A stretch of 64,000 nucleotides of DNA from an uncultured Rickettsiales bacterium (GCA_964538615.1 CAZIGK010000009.1:8072-72071), one strand, 5' to 3'. Positions 49,175-60,178 are shown, counted from the stretch's first letter. Made by a program: numbers and translations. Notes: a model not told the origin generated them from the letters alone.

Positions 49175-51162
49175 CGGTACCCCAGATCCTTCTTTAACAA
49201 CAGTGGCACTTTGGTTTTATCTTTCGCCAGTTTGTAGCGATAGATTTGCAGGTTTTCCAGTACGCGCTGTACGTAATTACGCGTTTCGGAAAGGGGCAAT
49301 TCCTCTACCCACAAAACAGGATCTATCTCCCCCTCGCTGGGGTCACCAAAGCGTTTCACATATTGCCGAATACGCCCCGCCCCCGCATTATAGGACGCCA
49401 CCGCCAGCATCGCATTGCCATCCCACCCCTGAATCAGATTGTACAGATAGGTAGAACCTAATTGCAAATTATAGGTCGGGGTATGGGTGAGTGCCCGCAA
49501 ATCATAGCCCATGCCCAGTTTTTTGGCGGTTTCCTTGGCCGTGGAGGGCAAAAGCTGCATCAGACCCAACGCTCCCGCGCCACTACGTGCTTCTGGCCAA
49601 AACTCGCTCTCTTGTCGGGTAATCGCCATGCTCATCGCCAGTTCCAGCGGCTTTTTGGGAGGGAAACTAATGACCGGATACCCGCTGTCCACCAACAAAA
49701 TATCCTCTTTCACCGCTTCCTTGGCGGCTTTGACCCCTAAATGCAGGTTGTTCAGTTTCTGTCCCAGCTTACCAGCCATTGCCCGGCGCTTGGGCGTGGT
49801 TTCATAGGTCGCCATGTGGATGACAAACTGCTTTTCCAGCCATTTTTCACCAATCCGGTGCAGCATCAACACGGTTTGCGGCAACTCTTCCTTCAGGTAG
49901 GCTGCAAAATCATCCCGCGTCACCTCCGGGTCTTCCGGCACCACTACATTCGCATAGGGATTTAGTTCCAGTTGTGCTAACTGGCCATAAAAGGTGTAAC
50001 TGTAATGCGCAGCAATGCCATACCATTTACGGCCAATATCCTTGTTGCCATTAGCCATGGCTGCCCGCCCCGCCCAATACGCCCCCCGTGATTTACTGAT
50101 GGGATATTGCGTACCATGGTAGAGCTGGTAAAAATGTTCATACGCTTCACCGGGCTTTTTCATATGCACTAAAGACAACCAGCCCGCCAGCCATGCCGCC
50201 TCTGCCAACCCGATGCCGGATGTCTGGCCATGGTTCTGGCTCAAAATATACGCGTGCTTATAATATTTATAACTTGCCAACTCCCGTATCAAACGGTTGC
50301 GCACCGCCCACCATGCTTCTGGATAGGGCAGTTTTTTCGGCGCAATCAGCAATATTTCCTGCACACCTTCAAAATCTCTGCGGTTGGCGCGCCAGCGCAT
50401 CCGCTCGAACAACAAACCCGGATCCAACTTCAGCTTTGAGGGTATTTTCTTTAGCTTGCCTTCCACTCCACGTTGGCCTTGCGCCAGCATCATCCGTGTT
50501 TCAAACAGCAGTTGGTGATCCGCATCCACCAGATGGAACAGGCTTTTTGCCGCTGTGAAGCGATATTTCCACATCAGAGAATCAATATGGGCAATATGGT
50601 CTTCTGTTTTCAGATATTGCTTATATTTCAACAGATAATCCCGGTGCTGACTTCTGTCCACCAGACCGGATCGCCAAATATCCCGAATAATCTCTACCGC
50701 TTTGGGGTCATCCGCCTTGCCCGATAACCGTTGATACGCCTCTACCAGCTTCATTTTACCATCCCGCGTATCCGGCGGGTATTTCGTAAACCAGTCAATC
50801 ACCTCTTTTGCCGGGGTACTATCATCCATCGCAGCTTCTGCGCGCCGGCGCACGCTACGGTGATCCGGCCATGCCGGGTTATCTAACAAGAACTGTTTAA
50901 TCTCGCCAAAACTGGCATCTGCTCCATTATTGCGCAAATACATCCAATAGACCAGTTTTTGGGTCGCCCGGTCACCACTGCGACGCGCCAGCGCAATGGC
51001 ATCTTTCCATTGGCCGCCCTGCCCCAGCCGGAAAGCTTTTGCCAGCGTATCTTCTGCTTCTGCAGGAAAAGACCATGCGGCGCAGCACACCAGCCACGCC
51101 AATCCCAGGCTGCTCAGGACATTTTTCCATCTCTTCTGGCGGCTGGACTTTCGCTGTTTCAT
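49171..51162 (-). CDS. Soluble lytic murein transglycosylase (Slt70-like)
   Basis: Signal peptide, helical repeats, AITRQESEF (catalytic Glu), GLMQL.P.TA, ASYNAG, ETRNYVQRVLEN. Confidence 0.93.
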   Translation of the reverse strand: MKQRKSSRQKRWKNVLSSLGLAWLVCCAAWSFPAEAEDTLAKAFRLGQGGQWKDAIALARRSGDRATQKLVYWMYLRNNGADASFGEIKQFLLDNPAWPDHRSVRRRAEAAMDDSTPAKEVIDWFTKYPPDTRDGKMKLVEAYQRLSGKADDPKAVEIIRDIWRSGLVDRSQHRDYLLKYKQYLKTEDHIAHIDSLMWKYRFTAAKSLFHLVDADHQLLFETRMMLAQGQRGVEGKLKKIPSKLKLDPGLLFERMRWRANRRDFEGVQEILLIAPKKLPYPEAWWAVRNRLIRELASYKYYKHAYILSQNHGQTSGIGLAEAAWLAGWLSLVHMKKPGEAYEHFYQLYHGTQYPISKSRGAYWAGRAAMANGNKDIGRKWYGIAAHYSYTFYGQLAQLELNPYANVVVPEDPEVTRDDFAAYLKEELPQTVLMLHRIGEKWLEKQFVIHMATYETTPKRRAMAGKLGQKLNNLHLGVKAAKEAVKEDILLVDSGYPVISFPPKKPLELAMSMAITRQESEFWPEARSGAGALGLMQLLPSTAKETAKKLGMGYDLRALTHTPTYNLQLGSTYLYNLIQGWDGNAMLAVASYNAGAGRIRQYVKRFGDPSEGEIDPVLWVEELPLSETRNYVQRVLENLQIYRYKLAKDKTKVPLLLKKDLGYR

Positions 51163-51261
51163 ACACTAAGTTCAAAAACCCAATTTCATTGCGGCAGCAG
51201 GTATGCAACAACCATGCCCGCGCACTATGCCGATAAACCCATCCACCTGTCGAGGGGAAAG

Positions 51262-51594
51262 ATGTCACTGGCTCAAAAAGAATGTGTCCCTTGTCGCGGC
51301 GATGCAACAGTCCTCAACCGCGAAGAGGCTGAAACCCTGCTCAAGCAGATTTCAGGCTGGGAATTATCGGACGATGCCCGCTGGATCACCCGCAACTATA
51401 CGTTCAAAAACTTCAAAACCACCCTCGCCTTTGTCAACCGCGTGGGAGAGGTGGCGGAAACGGTTGGTCACCATCCGGATATTTATTTCACCTGGGGCAA
51501 ATGCCGCATTTCCATTCAAACCCATAAAATCAACGGCCTGCATGAGAGCGATTTCATTCTGGCGGCGAAAATTGATACTGTGCTGGAGGCGTAA
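51262..51594 (+). CDS. phhB: 4a-hydroxytetrahydrobiopterin dehydratase (PhhB/PCD)
   Basis: C.PCRG, F.NF....FVN, GHHPDI, THKI.GL.E.DFILAAKID. Confidence 0.92.
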   Translation: MSLAQKECVPCRGDATVLNREEAETLLKQISGWELSDDARWITRNYTFKNFKTTLAFVNRVGEVAETVGHHPDIYFTWGKCRISIQTHKINGLHESDFILAAKIDTVLEA

Positions 51595-51597
51595 ACC

Positions 51598-52497
51598 ATG
51601 GAAAAGTTGCTGGGCATGCGCGGGGTTCTCACCGCACTTATTACCCCAATGAACGATACCGCCGAAGGCAAAGGACTGGATGAACAAGCCTATCAGGATT
51701 TAGTGAACTGGCAGATTGAACAAGGCATCCACGGGCTGGTACCCACCGGCACCACGGGAGAATCCGCCACTATCTCCCATGCGGAACACCGCCGCCTGAT
51801 TGAACTGTGCGTTGAAGCCGCCGCTGGCCGTGTACCCGTCGTTGCGGGGGCTGGTTCTAACTCCACAGACGAAGCCATTGACCTCACCCGCCACGCCAAG
51901 CAAGCCGGTGCGGATGCTGTGCTGCTGGTCACCCCTTACTATAACAAACCCACCCATGAGGGGTTATACCAGCATTTCCGCGCCATTCATGATGCCGCTG
52001 AAATTCCCATCATTCTCTATAATATTCCCGCCCGCGCTGTCATTAACATGAGCGATGGGCTGATCGCCCGACTAGCACAATTGCCACGCATTATCGGCCT
52101 GAAAGATGCCACCGGGGACCTCGCCCGCGTCAGCACCTTACGCCAATTGGTGGGGGATAGCTTCCTGCAATTCTCTGGTGAAGACATGACCGCTCTGGCC
52201 TTCAATGCGCAAGGTGGCCATGGCTGTATCTCGGTCACCTCCAACATTGCCCCCAAGCTGGTATCCGATATGCAGAACGCATGGTTCAGCGGCAATTTTG
52301 CGGAGGCCATTCGCCTGCAAGACCAACTGGTACCGCTGCATGATGCCCTGTTTATGGAAACCAACCCCACCCCAGCCAAATACGCCCTAAGCCTGCTGCG
52401 TGGCTACGACCCCAAACCCCGCCTGCCGCTGGTGCTACCCGCCCAGGCCACGCAAGACCGCCTGCGTAAAGTGCTGCAGGATCTGGATTTGTTGTAA
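51598..52497 (+). CDS. dapA: 4-hydroxy-tetrahydrodipicolinate synthase
   Basis: TALITP, GTTGES, PYYNKP, YNIP.R, Schiff-base GLKDATG, SGED, GCISVTSN, ETNP.P.K. Confidence 0.97.
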   Translation: MEKLLGMRGVLTALITPMNDTAEGKGLDEQAYQDLVNWQIEQGIHGLVPTGTTGESATISHAEHRRLIELCVEAAAGRVPVVAGAGSNSTDEAIDLTRHAKQAGADAVLLVTPYYNKPTHEGLYQHFRAIHDAAEIPIILYNIPARAVINMSDGLIARLAQLPRIIGLKDATGDLARVSTLRQLVGDSFLQFSGEDMTALAFNAQGGHGCISVTSNIAPKLVSDMQNAWFSGNFAEAIRLQDQLVPLHDALFMETNPTPAKYALSLLRGYDPKPRLPLVLPAQATQDRLRKVLQDLDLL

Positions 52498-52580
52498 ATA
52501 ACCCTATAAATCTAAAGGACTGGCTTACTTGTAACGAGAATATATAGCAAAACACTCGAGACTAGTAACAATGCCTGAAC

Positions 52581-52967
52581 TCAAGCAACTGGAAACAACG
52601 CACGTATAGCCTTTTCTGTTAGCTGAAACATGCAATCAGGAGAATCATTTCGCCCACTCAGATAACGTATGTACCCGTGCTCAATCCCGCGTCTTAGGTT
52701 GCCTGCATCCAAATAGTTATCGTCGGCACCAAATACCCGAACCTTACGATAGAACGGCCTACAACCAACCGCCTCTCGAATATCATTTATAAAGCAAGTA
52801 TCTCGTTCAGAAAATTTACCCTTACAGCTGTTGTAGCTGCTAACGTCCACCGCTGTGTCGCACCTCTTGCTAAACATGCTCCTATTGTTTTTATCACTAT
52901 GATAACTCGGATGCACCTCAAAAGGAGCGCCTTCTCCCGCATCCAGTGCCAATAAATAATATTTCAC
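52581..52967 (-). CDS. Hypothetical protein (128 aa) downstream of hicAB
   Basis: AAAGGA RBS before GTG; visibly AT-richer than the flanking core genes; Cys-containing. Confidence 0.6.
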   Translation of the reverse strand: MKYYLLALDAGEGAPFEVHPSYHSDKNNRSMFSKRCDTAVDVSSYNSCKGKFSERDTCFINDIREAVGCRPFYRKVRVFGADDNYLDAGNLRRGIEHGYIRYLSGRNDSPDCMFQLTEKAIRALFPVA

Positions 52968-53006
52968 TGTGCTGTCCTTTTTATTATTGACCCTAAATAC
53001 ACACTC

Positions 53007-53402
53007 TCACTCAAACTGCCGCCGTCTCTCCAATTCATGGCGTGCCGCTACATCCAGAAAAGCAGACCGATTGCTTGCCACACGATCAATCGCTTCCAGT
53101 AATCCGCTATCCAGCACCACATTGACCCGTGCTGGCTTACCGGGAATAATACTACGCACAAAAATAAACGCCACCGCTCCTTCTGCCATGTCGCTGTGCT
53201 TTGCCTCTTCCAAAGACATCGGGCTTGGAATAGCCTCGCCATCCTCACGTAGCCCTTGAATATGCAAGGCCAGCGCCTCTTCTGCCATGTGTTGCAGTTC
53301 ATCGGGTGTGCTACCCATACTGATACAGCCCGGAAAATCAGGAAAACAAACCCCATAATCCGATGCATCATCTTTATGCACAATCCCCACAAAACTTGCC
53401 AT
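53007..53402 (-). CDS. hicB: HicB-family antitoxin
   Basis: YGVCFPDFPGCIS.G....E...A.EAL..H, IP.P, C-terminal RHH-like RVNVVLD..LL..ID....NRS.FL. Confidence 0.93.
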   Translation of the reverse strand: MASFVGIVHKDDASDYGVCFPDFPGCISMGSTPDELQHMAEEALALHIQGLREDGEAIPSPMSLEEAKHSDMAEGAVAFIFVRSIIPGKPARVNVVLDSGLLEAIDRVASNRSAFLDVAARHELERRRQFE

Positions 53403-53410
53403 ATGCGCCT

Positions 53411-53593
53411 CTACTCCAACCCAGCCTGCCTCAAAATACTTTTACACGTACCTAAAGGCAGGTCTTTTTTAGGATGCGGAACCGTCACCCGCCCTGCTTT
53501 CACAGGATGTCTAAATTGGTGATGACTGCCCTTCACAGCAACCAACTCCCAACCATCTTGTTTCAAGCGTTTGAGCAAATCACGACTATTCAT
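53411..53593 (-). CDS. hicA: HicA-family toxin
   Basis: MNSRDLLKRL..DGW.....KGSHHQFRHP...GRVTVPHPKKDLP.GT..SI..QAG. Confidence 0.95.
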   Translation of the reverse strand: MNSRDLLKRLKQDGWELVAVKGSHHQFRHPVKAGRVTVPHPKKDLPLGTCKSILRQAGLE

Positions 53594-53594
53594 A

Positions 53595-53629
53595 TGTGTA
53601 ATTATTACACACCAAATGCGAATTTTCAA
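53595..53629 (-). promoter_or_regulatory. hicAB promoter with palindromic operator
   Basis: Minus strand TTGAAA-N17-AATAAT-N7-ATG; inverted repeat tgtgtaat-t-attacaca (53595-53611) overlaps the -10; no SD. Confidence 0.7.
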
Positions 53630-53649
53630 GTATCGTGGCACGGCGCTTC

Positions 53650-56244
53650 CTAAGCCACGGCCTTCAGCCCGCCACCAAAGGTAATCCCCTCCTGATCGGC
53701 AGAGATGCTTACCGTATCGTGATCCCGCACCCGGCCTTCCAACAGCATGTTGGCCAGCGGGTTTTGAATGGTACGCTGAATCACTCGCTTCAATGGCCGT
53801 GCGCCATACATCGGGTCAAAGCCTGCTTCGGCCAGCCATTGCCGCGCTTTTTCATCCACTTCCAGCCGGATATGCCGATCCTGCAAAAACCGCTCCAGAC
53901 GCAACAGTTGAATATCCACAATATGTCCCATATCGCTGCGGGTTAGGTGATGGAACAGCAATATATCATCCAACCGATTGAGGAACTCTGGCCGGAAGGC
54001 GCTGCGCACCACCTGCATCACCTTATCCCGAATCGCAGCGGAAAGTTCGCCTTCCTTCTGCTCTGCCAGATACTCCGCCCCCAAATTGGACGTCAGGATG
54101 ATGATAGTATTGCGGAAATCCACCGTCTTACCGTGGCTATCGGTCAGGCGGCCTTCATCCAGCACTTGTAGCAGCAGGTTGAAAACATCCGGGTGGGCTT
54201 TTTCCACCTCATCAAACAATACCACCTGATACGGCCTGCGGCGCACAGCCTCGGTCAGCACCCCCCCTTCCTCATACCCCACATAGCCGGGAGGCGCTCC
54301 AATCAGGCGTGCTACCGCATGCTTTTCCATATATTCAGACATATCCACCCGCAGCAAGGCCTGCGCATCATCAAACAAAAACTGCGCCAGAGCCTTACAC
54401 AACTCGGTTTTTCCAACCCCTGTTGGCCCAAGAAAGAGGAAGGAACCGATAGGCCGCTCCTGATCCTGAATCCCCGCCCGCGCGCGGCGCACTGCTTCCG
54501 ATACCGCCTGCACCGCCTCGCGCTGACCAATCACACGCTCGCCCAGCACTTTTTCCATACGCAACAGCTTATCACGTTCGCCTTCCAGCATTTTATCCAC
54601 CGGAATCCCCGTCCAGCGGGAAACCACCGCCGCAATATCCTCATCACTAATCGCTTCGCGCAGCATGGTGCCCTGCTCGCCGTCTCCCGCTTCTGCTTCC
54701 GCAATTTGCCTTTCCAGGGTTGGAATCACGCCATAGGTCAATTCACCCGCACGCGCCAGATCACCCCGGCGTTGCACCTGCTCCAACTCCTGACGCGCCT
54801 GTTCCAGTTGCACTTTCAGGTCTTTAGCCGCATTCAGCTTGGCTTTTTCTGCCTTCCACTGCTCGGTCAGGCTTTCGGCTTGCCGCTCCAGCTCTTTCAA
54901 TTCACCTTCCAGCTTGCCCAAGCGTTCCTGCGAGACACTGTCTTTTTCTTTTTTCAGTGCTTCCCGCTCAATTTTCAACTGAATGATTTTGCGGTCCAGT
55001 TCATCAATCGCCTCTGGTTTGCTATCCACCTGCATACGCAGACGGCTGGCCGCCTCATCCACCAGATCAATCGCTTTATCCGGTAAAAAGCGATCCGTAA
55101 TATAGCGGTGGCTTAAGCTCGCCGCCGCCACCAAGGCATTATCCTGAATGCGCACCCCGTGGTGCAACTCGTATTTCTCTTTCAACCCACGCAGAATGGA
55201 TACCGTATCTTCTACCGTTGGCTCTGTGACGAACACCGGTTGAAAACGTCGTGCCAATGCCGCGTCTTTTTCAATATATTTGCGATATTCATCCAGCGTG
55301 GTGGCACCAATACAATGCAGCTCACCGCGTGCCAGTGCAGGCTTTAACAGGTTGGATGCATCCATGGAGCCTTCAGCCTTGCCCGCACCTACCAGCGTGT
55401 GCAATTCATCAATGAACAGCACAATCTCACCTCCGGCGGATTCTACTTCCTGCAACACAGCTTTCAGGCGTTCCTCAAACTCTCCCCGAAACTTCGCTCC
55501 CGCCACCAGCGCCCCTAAATCTAAGGTCAGCAGCTTTTTACGCTTCAGGTTTTCCGGTACATCACCACCGACAATTCGCTGTGCAAGCCCTTCCACAATG
55601 GCGGTTTTCCCAACCCCCGGCTCCCCAATCAGCACGGGGTTATTTTTCGTGCGGCGTGAAAGCACCTGCATGGTACGCCGAATCTCCTCATCCCGTCCAA
55701 TCACCGGATCCAGCTTGCCCTCTGCCGCCAATGCCGTCAGATCCTTGGCAAAACGCTGCAATGACTCATAATTATCTTCCGCACTGGCACTATTGGCCGT
55801 GCGCCCGGCACGCATCTCTTTAATGGCCGTATTCAGGGCTTGTGGCTGTACATTCGCAGCCTGCAACAGGCGTCCGGCATCTGTATCCACAGCTAACGCC
55901 AGTGCCAGCAACAGCATTTCGGTGGTAACAAACTTGTCCCCCGCTTTATCTGCCACATCTTCTGCGCTTACCAGCAGCTTGGCCATGGGTTTGGTCAGTT
56001 GCAGTCCACTCCCACCGCCAGATACCTTAGGGATTTTCCGCATCGCCTGTTCCACGCTGGCACGCACGGTAACAACATCCCCTCCGGCCTGCTCAATCAG
56101 GCGGGCGGCCATACCCTGCTCATCATCCAGCAAAGCTTTCAACAAATGCTCCGGCACCCACTGCTGATGGTCTTCCCGCGTGGCAATGGTTTGTGCCGCC
56201 TGCAAAAAGCCCTTGGCGCGATCGGTGTAGCGTTCCAGATTCAT
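53650..56244 (-). CDS. clpB: ATP-dependent chaperone ClpB
   Basis: Two AAA+ domains ([16 protein letters not shown]), coiled-coil middle domain, [19 protein letters not shown]. Confidence 0.98.
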   Translation of the reverse strand: MNLERYTDRAKGFLQAAQTIATREDHQQWVPEHLLKALLDDEQGMAARLIEQAGGDVVTVRASVEQAMRKIPKVSGGGSGLQLTKPMAKLLVSAEDVADKAGDKFVTTEMLLLALALAVDTDAGRLLQAANVQPQALNTAIKEMRAGRTANSASAEDNYESLQRFAKDLTALAAEGKLDPVIGRDEEIRRTMQVLSRRTKNNPVLIGEPGVGKTAIVEGLAQRIVGGDVPENLKRKKLLTLDLGALVAGAKFRGEFEERLKAVLQEVESAGGEIVLFIDELHTLVGAGKAEGSMDASNLLKPALARGELHCIGATTLDEYRKYIEKDAALARRFQPVFVTEPTVEDTVSILRGLKEKYELHHGVRIQDNALVAAASLSHRYITDRFLPDKAIDLVDEAASRLRMQVDSKPEAIDELDRKIIQLKIEREALKKEKDSVSQERLGKLEGELKELERQAESLTEQWKAEKAKLNAAKDLKVQLEQARQELEQVQRRGDLARAGELTYGVIPTLERQIAEAEAGDGEQGTMLREAISDEDIAAVVSRWTGIPVDKMLEGERDKLLRMEKVLGERVIGQREAVQAVSEAVRRARAGIQDQERPIGSFLFLGPTGVGKTELCKALAQFLFDDAQALLRVDMSEYMEKHAVARLIGAPPGYVGYEEGGVLTEAVRRRPYQVVLFDEVEKAHPDVFNLLLQVLDEGRLTDSHGKTVDFRNTIIILTSNLGAEYLAEQKEGELSAAIRDKVMQVVRSAFRPEFLNRLDDILLFHHLTRSDMGHIVDIQLLRLERFLQDRHIRLEVDEKARQWLAEAGFDPMYGARPLKRVIQRTIQNPLANMLLEGRVRDHDTVSISADQEGITFGGGLKAVA

Positions 56245-56314
56245 ACAATCCCCTCACATAGTCAACTGATGTGGCACGGTCGAGTTTCAATGTTCCCTTG
56301 AGAACCTATATGAT

Positions 56315-56343
56315 ATGTAGGTACAAATAGAAGGTTTCACAAG
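56315..56343 (-). promoter_or_regulatory. Putative sigma32 (RpoH) promoter of clpB
   Basis: Minus strand CTTG-N18-CCTACAT resembles the alphaproteobacterial RpoH consensus CTTG-N17/18-CCTATAT. Confidence 0.55.
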
Positions 56344-56356
56344 ATTTGCGGGTATC

Positions 56357-57238
56357 ATGATTTTTTTCCGTGATGTTTATCACTCGTTGCTCCACCTGTT
56401 ATTCTGCGGTTGGCTGTTACTGTTCAGCCTGCCTGCCCATGCAGCTGCACCCCCGCTACATGCCTGGTACAGCATCCATTGGAGCGGCCTGCATATTGCG
56501 GATCTGGTCATCAGCCTGCAACAGGATGACAAACACTACACTCTGCAAACCCTAACCGAAAGCCGGGGGTTGGTCTGGACCATTAGCCGCTATTATAATT
56601 ACACGACAGTACAGGGGGATATGAACAAGCACACCCCCATTCCCCGCCAGTTCAGCAGTCATTTTCAGGTACGCAAAGACACCCGGCATATCGCCATGCG
56701 CTGGAGCGCAGAAGGCACGCCATTGGAACTCACCTCTACCCCGCCGGAAAAACGCTGGAAACGGCCAGAAGTCCCCATCTCTATGCGTACCGGTGCGTTG
56801 GATGCCCAATCCATGGGACTGGCGTTGCTGAACCAGTGGCTACACGCCCGCCCAAACCTGCCTCATCATCAAAACATGACCATGTTCGATGGCAGGCGCC
56901 TGTCTGATATGCGCATGGAATTTCAGCCTGCCGCACCTCTCTCCCTCAACCAGCGACCCACCCCCGGTCTGTACACAGCCTTGCGTATCCGGCGGCTGGC
57001 ATTAGCAGGCTATACAGACAATGAACTGGAACGACAAAAAAAAGAAGAGCCGGTGTTTGTTCTCTACCTGCCTGTGGCGGCGCAAACGCTGGCAGATGCA
57101 GCTCCACCCTACCTGACCGCCAAAGCACCGGTCGGCAAAGCTATCGGGTTGCTGGAACGCCTGTGCGCTACGCAGGCGGAGTGCCTGCAACTGGCCGATA
57201 TTGCCCCCCCGAAGGAACACCAGAAGATCCTGCCCTAA
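56357..57238 (+). CDS. Exported protein, DUF3108-like
   Basis: Signal peptide; Y.I.W.G..IA, G.LD..S, FDGRR pattern. Confidence 0.7.
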   Translation: MIFFRDVYHSLLHLLFCGWLLLFSLPAHAAAPPLHAWYSIHWSGLHIADLVISLQQDDKHYTLQTLTESRGLVWTISRYYNYTTVQGDMNKHTPIPRQFSSHFQVRKDTRHIAMRWSAEGTPLELTSTPPEKRWKRPEVPISMRTGALDAQSMGLALLNQWLHARPNLPHHQNMTMFDGRRLSDMRMEFQPAAPLSLNQRPTPGLYTALRIRRLALAGYTDNELERQKKEEPVFVLYLPVAAQTLADAAPPYLTAKAPVGKAIGLLERLCATQAECLQLADIAPPKEHQKILP

Positions 57239-57293
57239 ATGCCCTGAAGATTCAGGCCATAAGACATCATCGTGTTTCTGAAAATATCACCTG

Positions 57294-57407
57294 AGTTCAA
57301 TCACCCTTGAGTCGGGAATAGGGCGGAGATGCTGGATTGCGGAAACCGGAAGCGCCAATGCACCCAACGCACATCAAGGCCGGACGCGAAACCAGCATGT
57401 GCCGTCC
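57294..57407. repeat. Palindromic element, type A, degenerate copy 3
   Basis: gttcaatcacccttgagt...ggcggagatgctggattgcggaaaccggaag...cacatcaaggccgga...cagcatgtgccgtcc aligns with copies 1 and 2; right TIR lost. Confidence 0.75.
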
Positions 57408-57439
57408 GCAGTTCATGGAATGTTCGACGATTATGGCGC

Positions 57440-58156
57440 CTAAAACAGGCTACCTTCCGGCACATCATCCTCTTTCGGCTTATTGACCGAACCTTTGGGC
57501 CGACCACGGCGACGCGGAGCTACCTCTACATCCCCCTCTTCCAGTGTCACACTCGGACGGCTAACCGGCTTCGCCGGAGCCACAGGCTCTCCGCCTCCGG
57601 TAATGAAGGATGGTAACGGCAGGCTTTCATCCGCTTCCTGTTGCTTACGGAAACGCTCCCGACGGGATTCATCACGCTGGCGGCGCATCTCAGCAGTCTT
57701 TTCCTCATCATCCGAAGGGCGGGCTGTCACGACCGGTTTCTTCTGGGGAGCGGCCTCTCTGCCATCCTCGTCAGCATCGTCGGCTTCCTCTCCTTCAAAC
57801 TCATCACCCTCATCACCTTCGTCACCATCCGCCATGTCTGTTGCGCGGTTTGCTTCATCGGCTTCCTGCTGCTGTCGATCCTGCTCTTCAAAATACAGCA
57901 CAATACGGGCATAATGCTCTGCATGTTGGAAACACCATTCCGCACGGATACGATCCCCCTGCATCTGGGCTTCCTGTGCCATACTCAAATACTTATCGCG
58001 CCCCTGCAATGCCTGCTGGCGGGTTTTTCCCTCATACACATTGCTCTGCTTTTGAGGACGACGGCGAAAATTGCGGTTAAAACGCTTCCCACCCTGATTG
58101 TTATTTTGAAACTGCCCACGTTGGTTTTGGTTATTGTACATTTTTTTACGGCGCAT
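57440..58156 (-). CDS. DUF4167 domain protein
   Basis: KYL.MAQEA...GDRI.AE...QHAEHY.R; usual position after prmC; acidic disordered tail. Confidence 0.88.
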   Translation of the reverse strand: MRRKKMYNNQNQRGQFQNNNQGGKRFNRNFRRRPQKQSNVYEGKTRQQALQGRDKYLSMAQEAQMQGDRIRAEWCFQHAEHYARIVLYFEEQDRQQQEADEANRATDMADGDEGDEGDEFEGEEADDADEDGREAAPQKKPVVTARPSDDEEKTAEMRRQRDESRRERFRKQQEADESLPLPSFITGGGEPVAPAKPVSRPSVTLEEGDVEVAPRRRGRPKGSVNKPKEDDVPEGSLF

Positions 58157-58246
58157 AGGCTCGCATCTTTCCGTCTATCAATAGGTTACAGGGTACACGT
58201 CACACACAATAGCCGCTTCAACGCTACCTTGTGCTTGAATCGGCAA

Positions 58247-59095
58247 TTAGGGGGCTTTAAACGCACATACACGCACGATGCCGCGCAAGTCATTCCACTG
58301 GCCAAGCTGTTGCCACCCTTGCTGTTGGAATATAGACACAACTTGCGCCGCTTGTCCATCGCCAACTTCAACAAAACAGGCAGATTGTGGTTTTAACCAG
58401 TCTTTTGCGGCATATGCCAGATGTTGATAGGCCGCAAACCCGGCATTGGCAGCAAATAATGCACAGGCAGGTTCATAAGCGCGAACGCTGGCAGGTAAAC
58501 TGGCCACACTCTCTGGATCAATATAAGGCGGGTTACTGACTAACAGATCAAATGTTTCACCCTGTTTCAGGTGACTGCCCCAGTCGGAATGCCGCCATTC
58601 CACCCTGTGCTGCATCCCCAGAGCGTCTGCATTATACTCTGCCACGGCCAGTGCCTCGACACTAATATCACAGCCCAGCCCTTTTGCTTGCGGCCATTCT
58701 TGCAATAAACTTAATAGGATACAACCTGTTCCCACCCCCATTTCCAGCACATGTGCCGGAGCATGTCTGCCAAAATAGCCTATGGCGGCTTCCACCAGCG
58801 TTTCCGTGTCTGGCCGTGGAATCAGGGTGGCAGGCGTGACACGGAAACTCTCTTTCCAAAAATCTTTCACTCCTGTGATGTAGGCGATTGGCTCCTGCCG
58901 CTCACGCCGTTGCAAGGCCGCCTCCAACGCATCACACTGTAAAGCGGTGAGAGTTTCCCCCTGTCGCATCAACAAGGCCGTCCGGCTAAGACCTGTGACC
59001 CATTGCAACAGGACATCTACATCCAGTTCCGGGGTATCCATGCCCGCCTTCTTTAACCGGTCAACAGCATGCCGTTTGGTGTCTGCCAGCGTCAC
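58247..59095 (-). CDS. prmC: Release factor glutamine methyltransferase
   Basis: RR...EP.AYI.G...FW, LIPRPDTE, G.GTGCI, SNPPYI. Confidence 0.96.
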   Translation of the reverse strand: MTLADTKRHAVDRLKKAGMDTPELDVDVLLQWVTGLSRTALLMRQGETLTALQCDALEAALQRRERQEPIAYITGVKDFWKESFRVTPATLIPRPDTETLVEAAIGYFGRHAPAHVLEMGVGTGCILLSLLQEWPQAKGLGCDISVEALAVAEYNADALGMQHRVEWRHSDWGSHLKQGETFDLLVSNPPYIDPESVASLPASVRAYEPACALFAANAGFAAYQHLAYAAKDWLKPQSACFVEVGDGQAAQVVSIFQQQGWQQLGQWNDLRGIVRVCAFKAP

Positions 59096-59101
59096 AACAG
59101 G

Positions 59102-60178
59102 TTAATCCTGCACATCCTGCAAGCGTTGCGCCTGATCTTCCGCAATCAGCGCATCCACCACTTCACCCAAGCCTTCCCCATTCATAATTTCCTCAATTTT
59201 ATACAGGGTGAGGTTAATACGGTGATCCGTCACCCGCCCCTGCGGGAAGTTATAGGTCCGAATCCTCTCGGAGCGGTCTCCGCTTCCCACCTGCGATTTA
59301 CGGTTGGCAGAACGCTCTTTGTCTTTTCTCTCTCGCTCAATATCATACAAGCGCGAGCGCAAAACTTTCATGGCTTTCGCTTTGTTTTTATGCTGCGATT
59401 TTTCATCCTGCTGAATCACAATCAATCCTGTCGGCAGGTGCGTAATCCGTACCGCCGAGTCCGTTGTATTCACCGATTGACCGCCCGGTCCACTAGCGCG
59501 AAACACATCTATGCGCAGGTCTTTTTCATCAATATGAATATCCACTTCTTCCGCTTCCGGCAAAACAGCCACCGTTGCGGCAGAGGTATGAATCCGCCCA
59601 CCGGATTCTGTCACCGGCACCCGCTGTACACGATGCACGCCGGATTCAAACTTCAGCTTGGCAAACACACCACGCCCGGTCACGGTGGCGGTCGCTTCCT
59701 TGCAGCCCCCCACATCGCTTTCAGAGTACGACATCACCTCAAACCGCCAGCCACGCCCTTCCGCGTACCGCTGATACATACGGAACAATTCTCCCGCAAA
59801 CAATGCTGCTTCTTCGCCACCCGTTCCGGCTCGCACCTCCAGAATGGCGTTTTTCTCATCGGCCTCATCTTTCGGTAACAGCGCCAGACGCACCGCCAGT
59901 TCCAAATCTGGTAGCTGGTCTTTCAGTTCACGCAATTCCTCTTCTGCCAGTTCGCGCATCTCCGCATCCAGCGAGGCATCTTTCAGCATGGCTTCCGCAT
60001 CGCTGTAGGCTTTTTTCGCACCCAGATACGCCTCTACCTGTGGCATCACCTCATTGAGTTCCGCCAACTCCTTGGAGGTTTTCTGAAACGCCTCCGAGCT
60101 TAAATCCGGGCTGGCCAGCACATGCTGCAATTCATCATGCCGACGCCGGATACCCAGCAATTTACCTTCAATCGTCAT
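59102..60178 (-). CDS. prfA: Peptide chain release factor 1
   Basis: [25 protein letters not shown] (PxT), [18 protein letters not shown]. Confidence 0.98.
   Translation of the reverse strand: MTIEGKLLGIRRRHDELQHVLASPDLSSEAFQKTSKELAELNEVMPQVEAYLGAKKAYSDAEAMLKDASLDAEMRELAEEELRELKDQLPDLELAVRLALLPKDEADEKNAILEVRAGTGGEEAALFAGELFRMYQRYAEGRGWRFEVMSYSESDVGGCKEATATVTGRGVFAKLKFESGVHRVQRVPVTESGGRIHTSAATVAVLPEAEEVDIHIDEKDLRIDVFRASGPGGQSVNTTDSAVRITHLPTGLIVIQQDEKSQHKNKAKAMKVLRSRLYDIERERKDKERSANRKSQVGSGDRSERIRTYNFPQGRVTDHRINLTLYKIEEIMNGEGLGEVVDALIAEDQAQRLQDVQD

Noticed and set aside
54193-55086. Long antisense ORFs (also 5819-6712, 24781-25545, 57641-58396, 59069-59878)
   Set aside because: They lie opposite well-supported genes and have no recognisable motifs; typical codon-bias shadows
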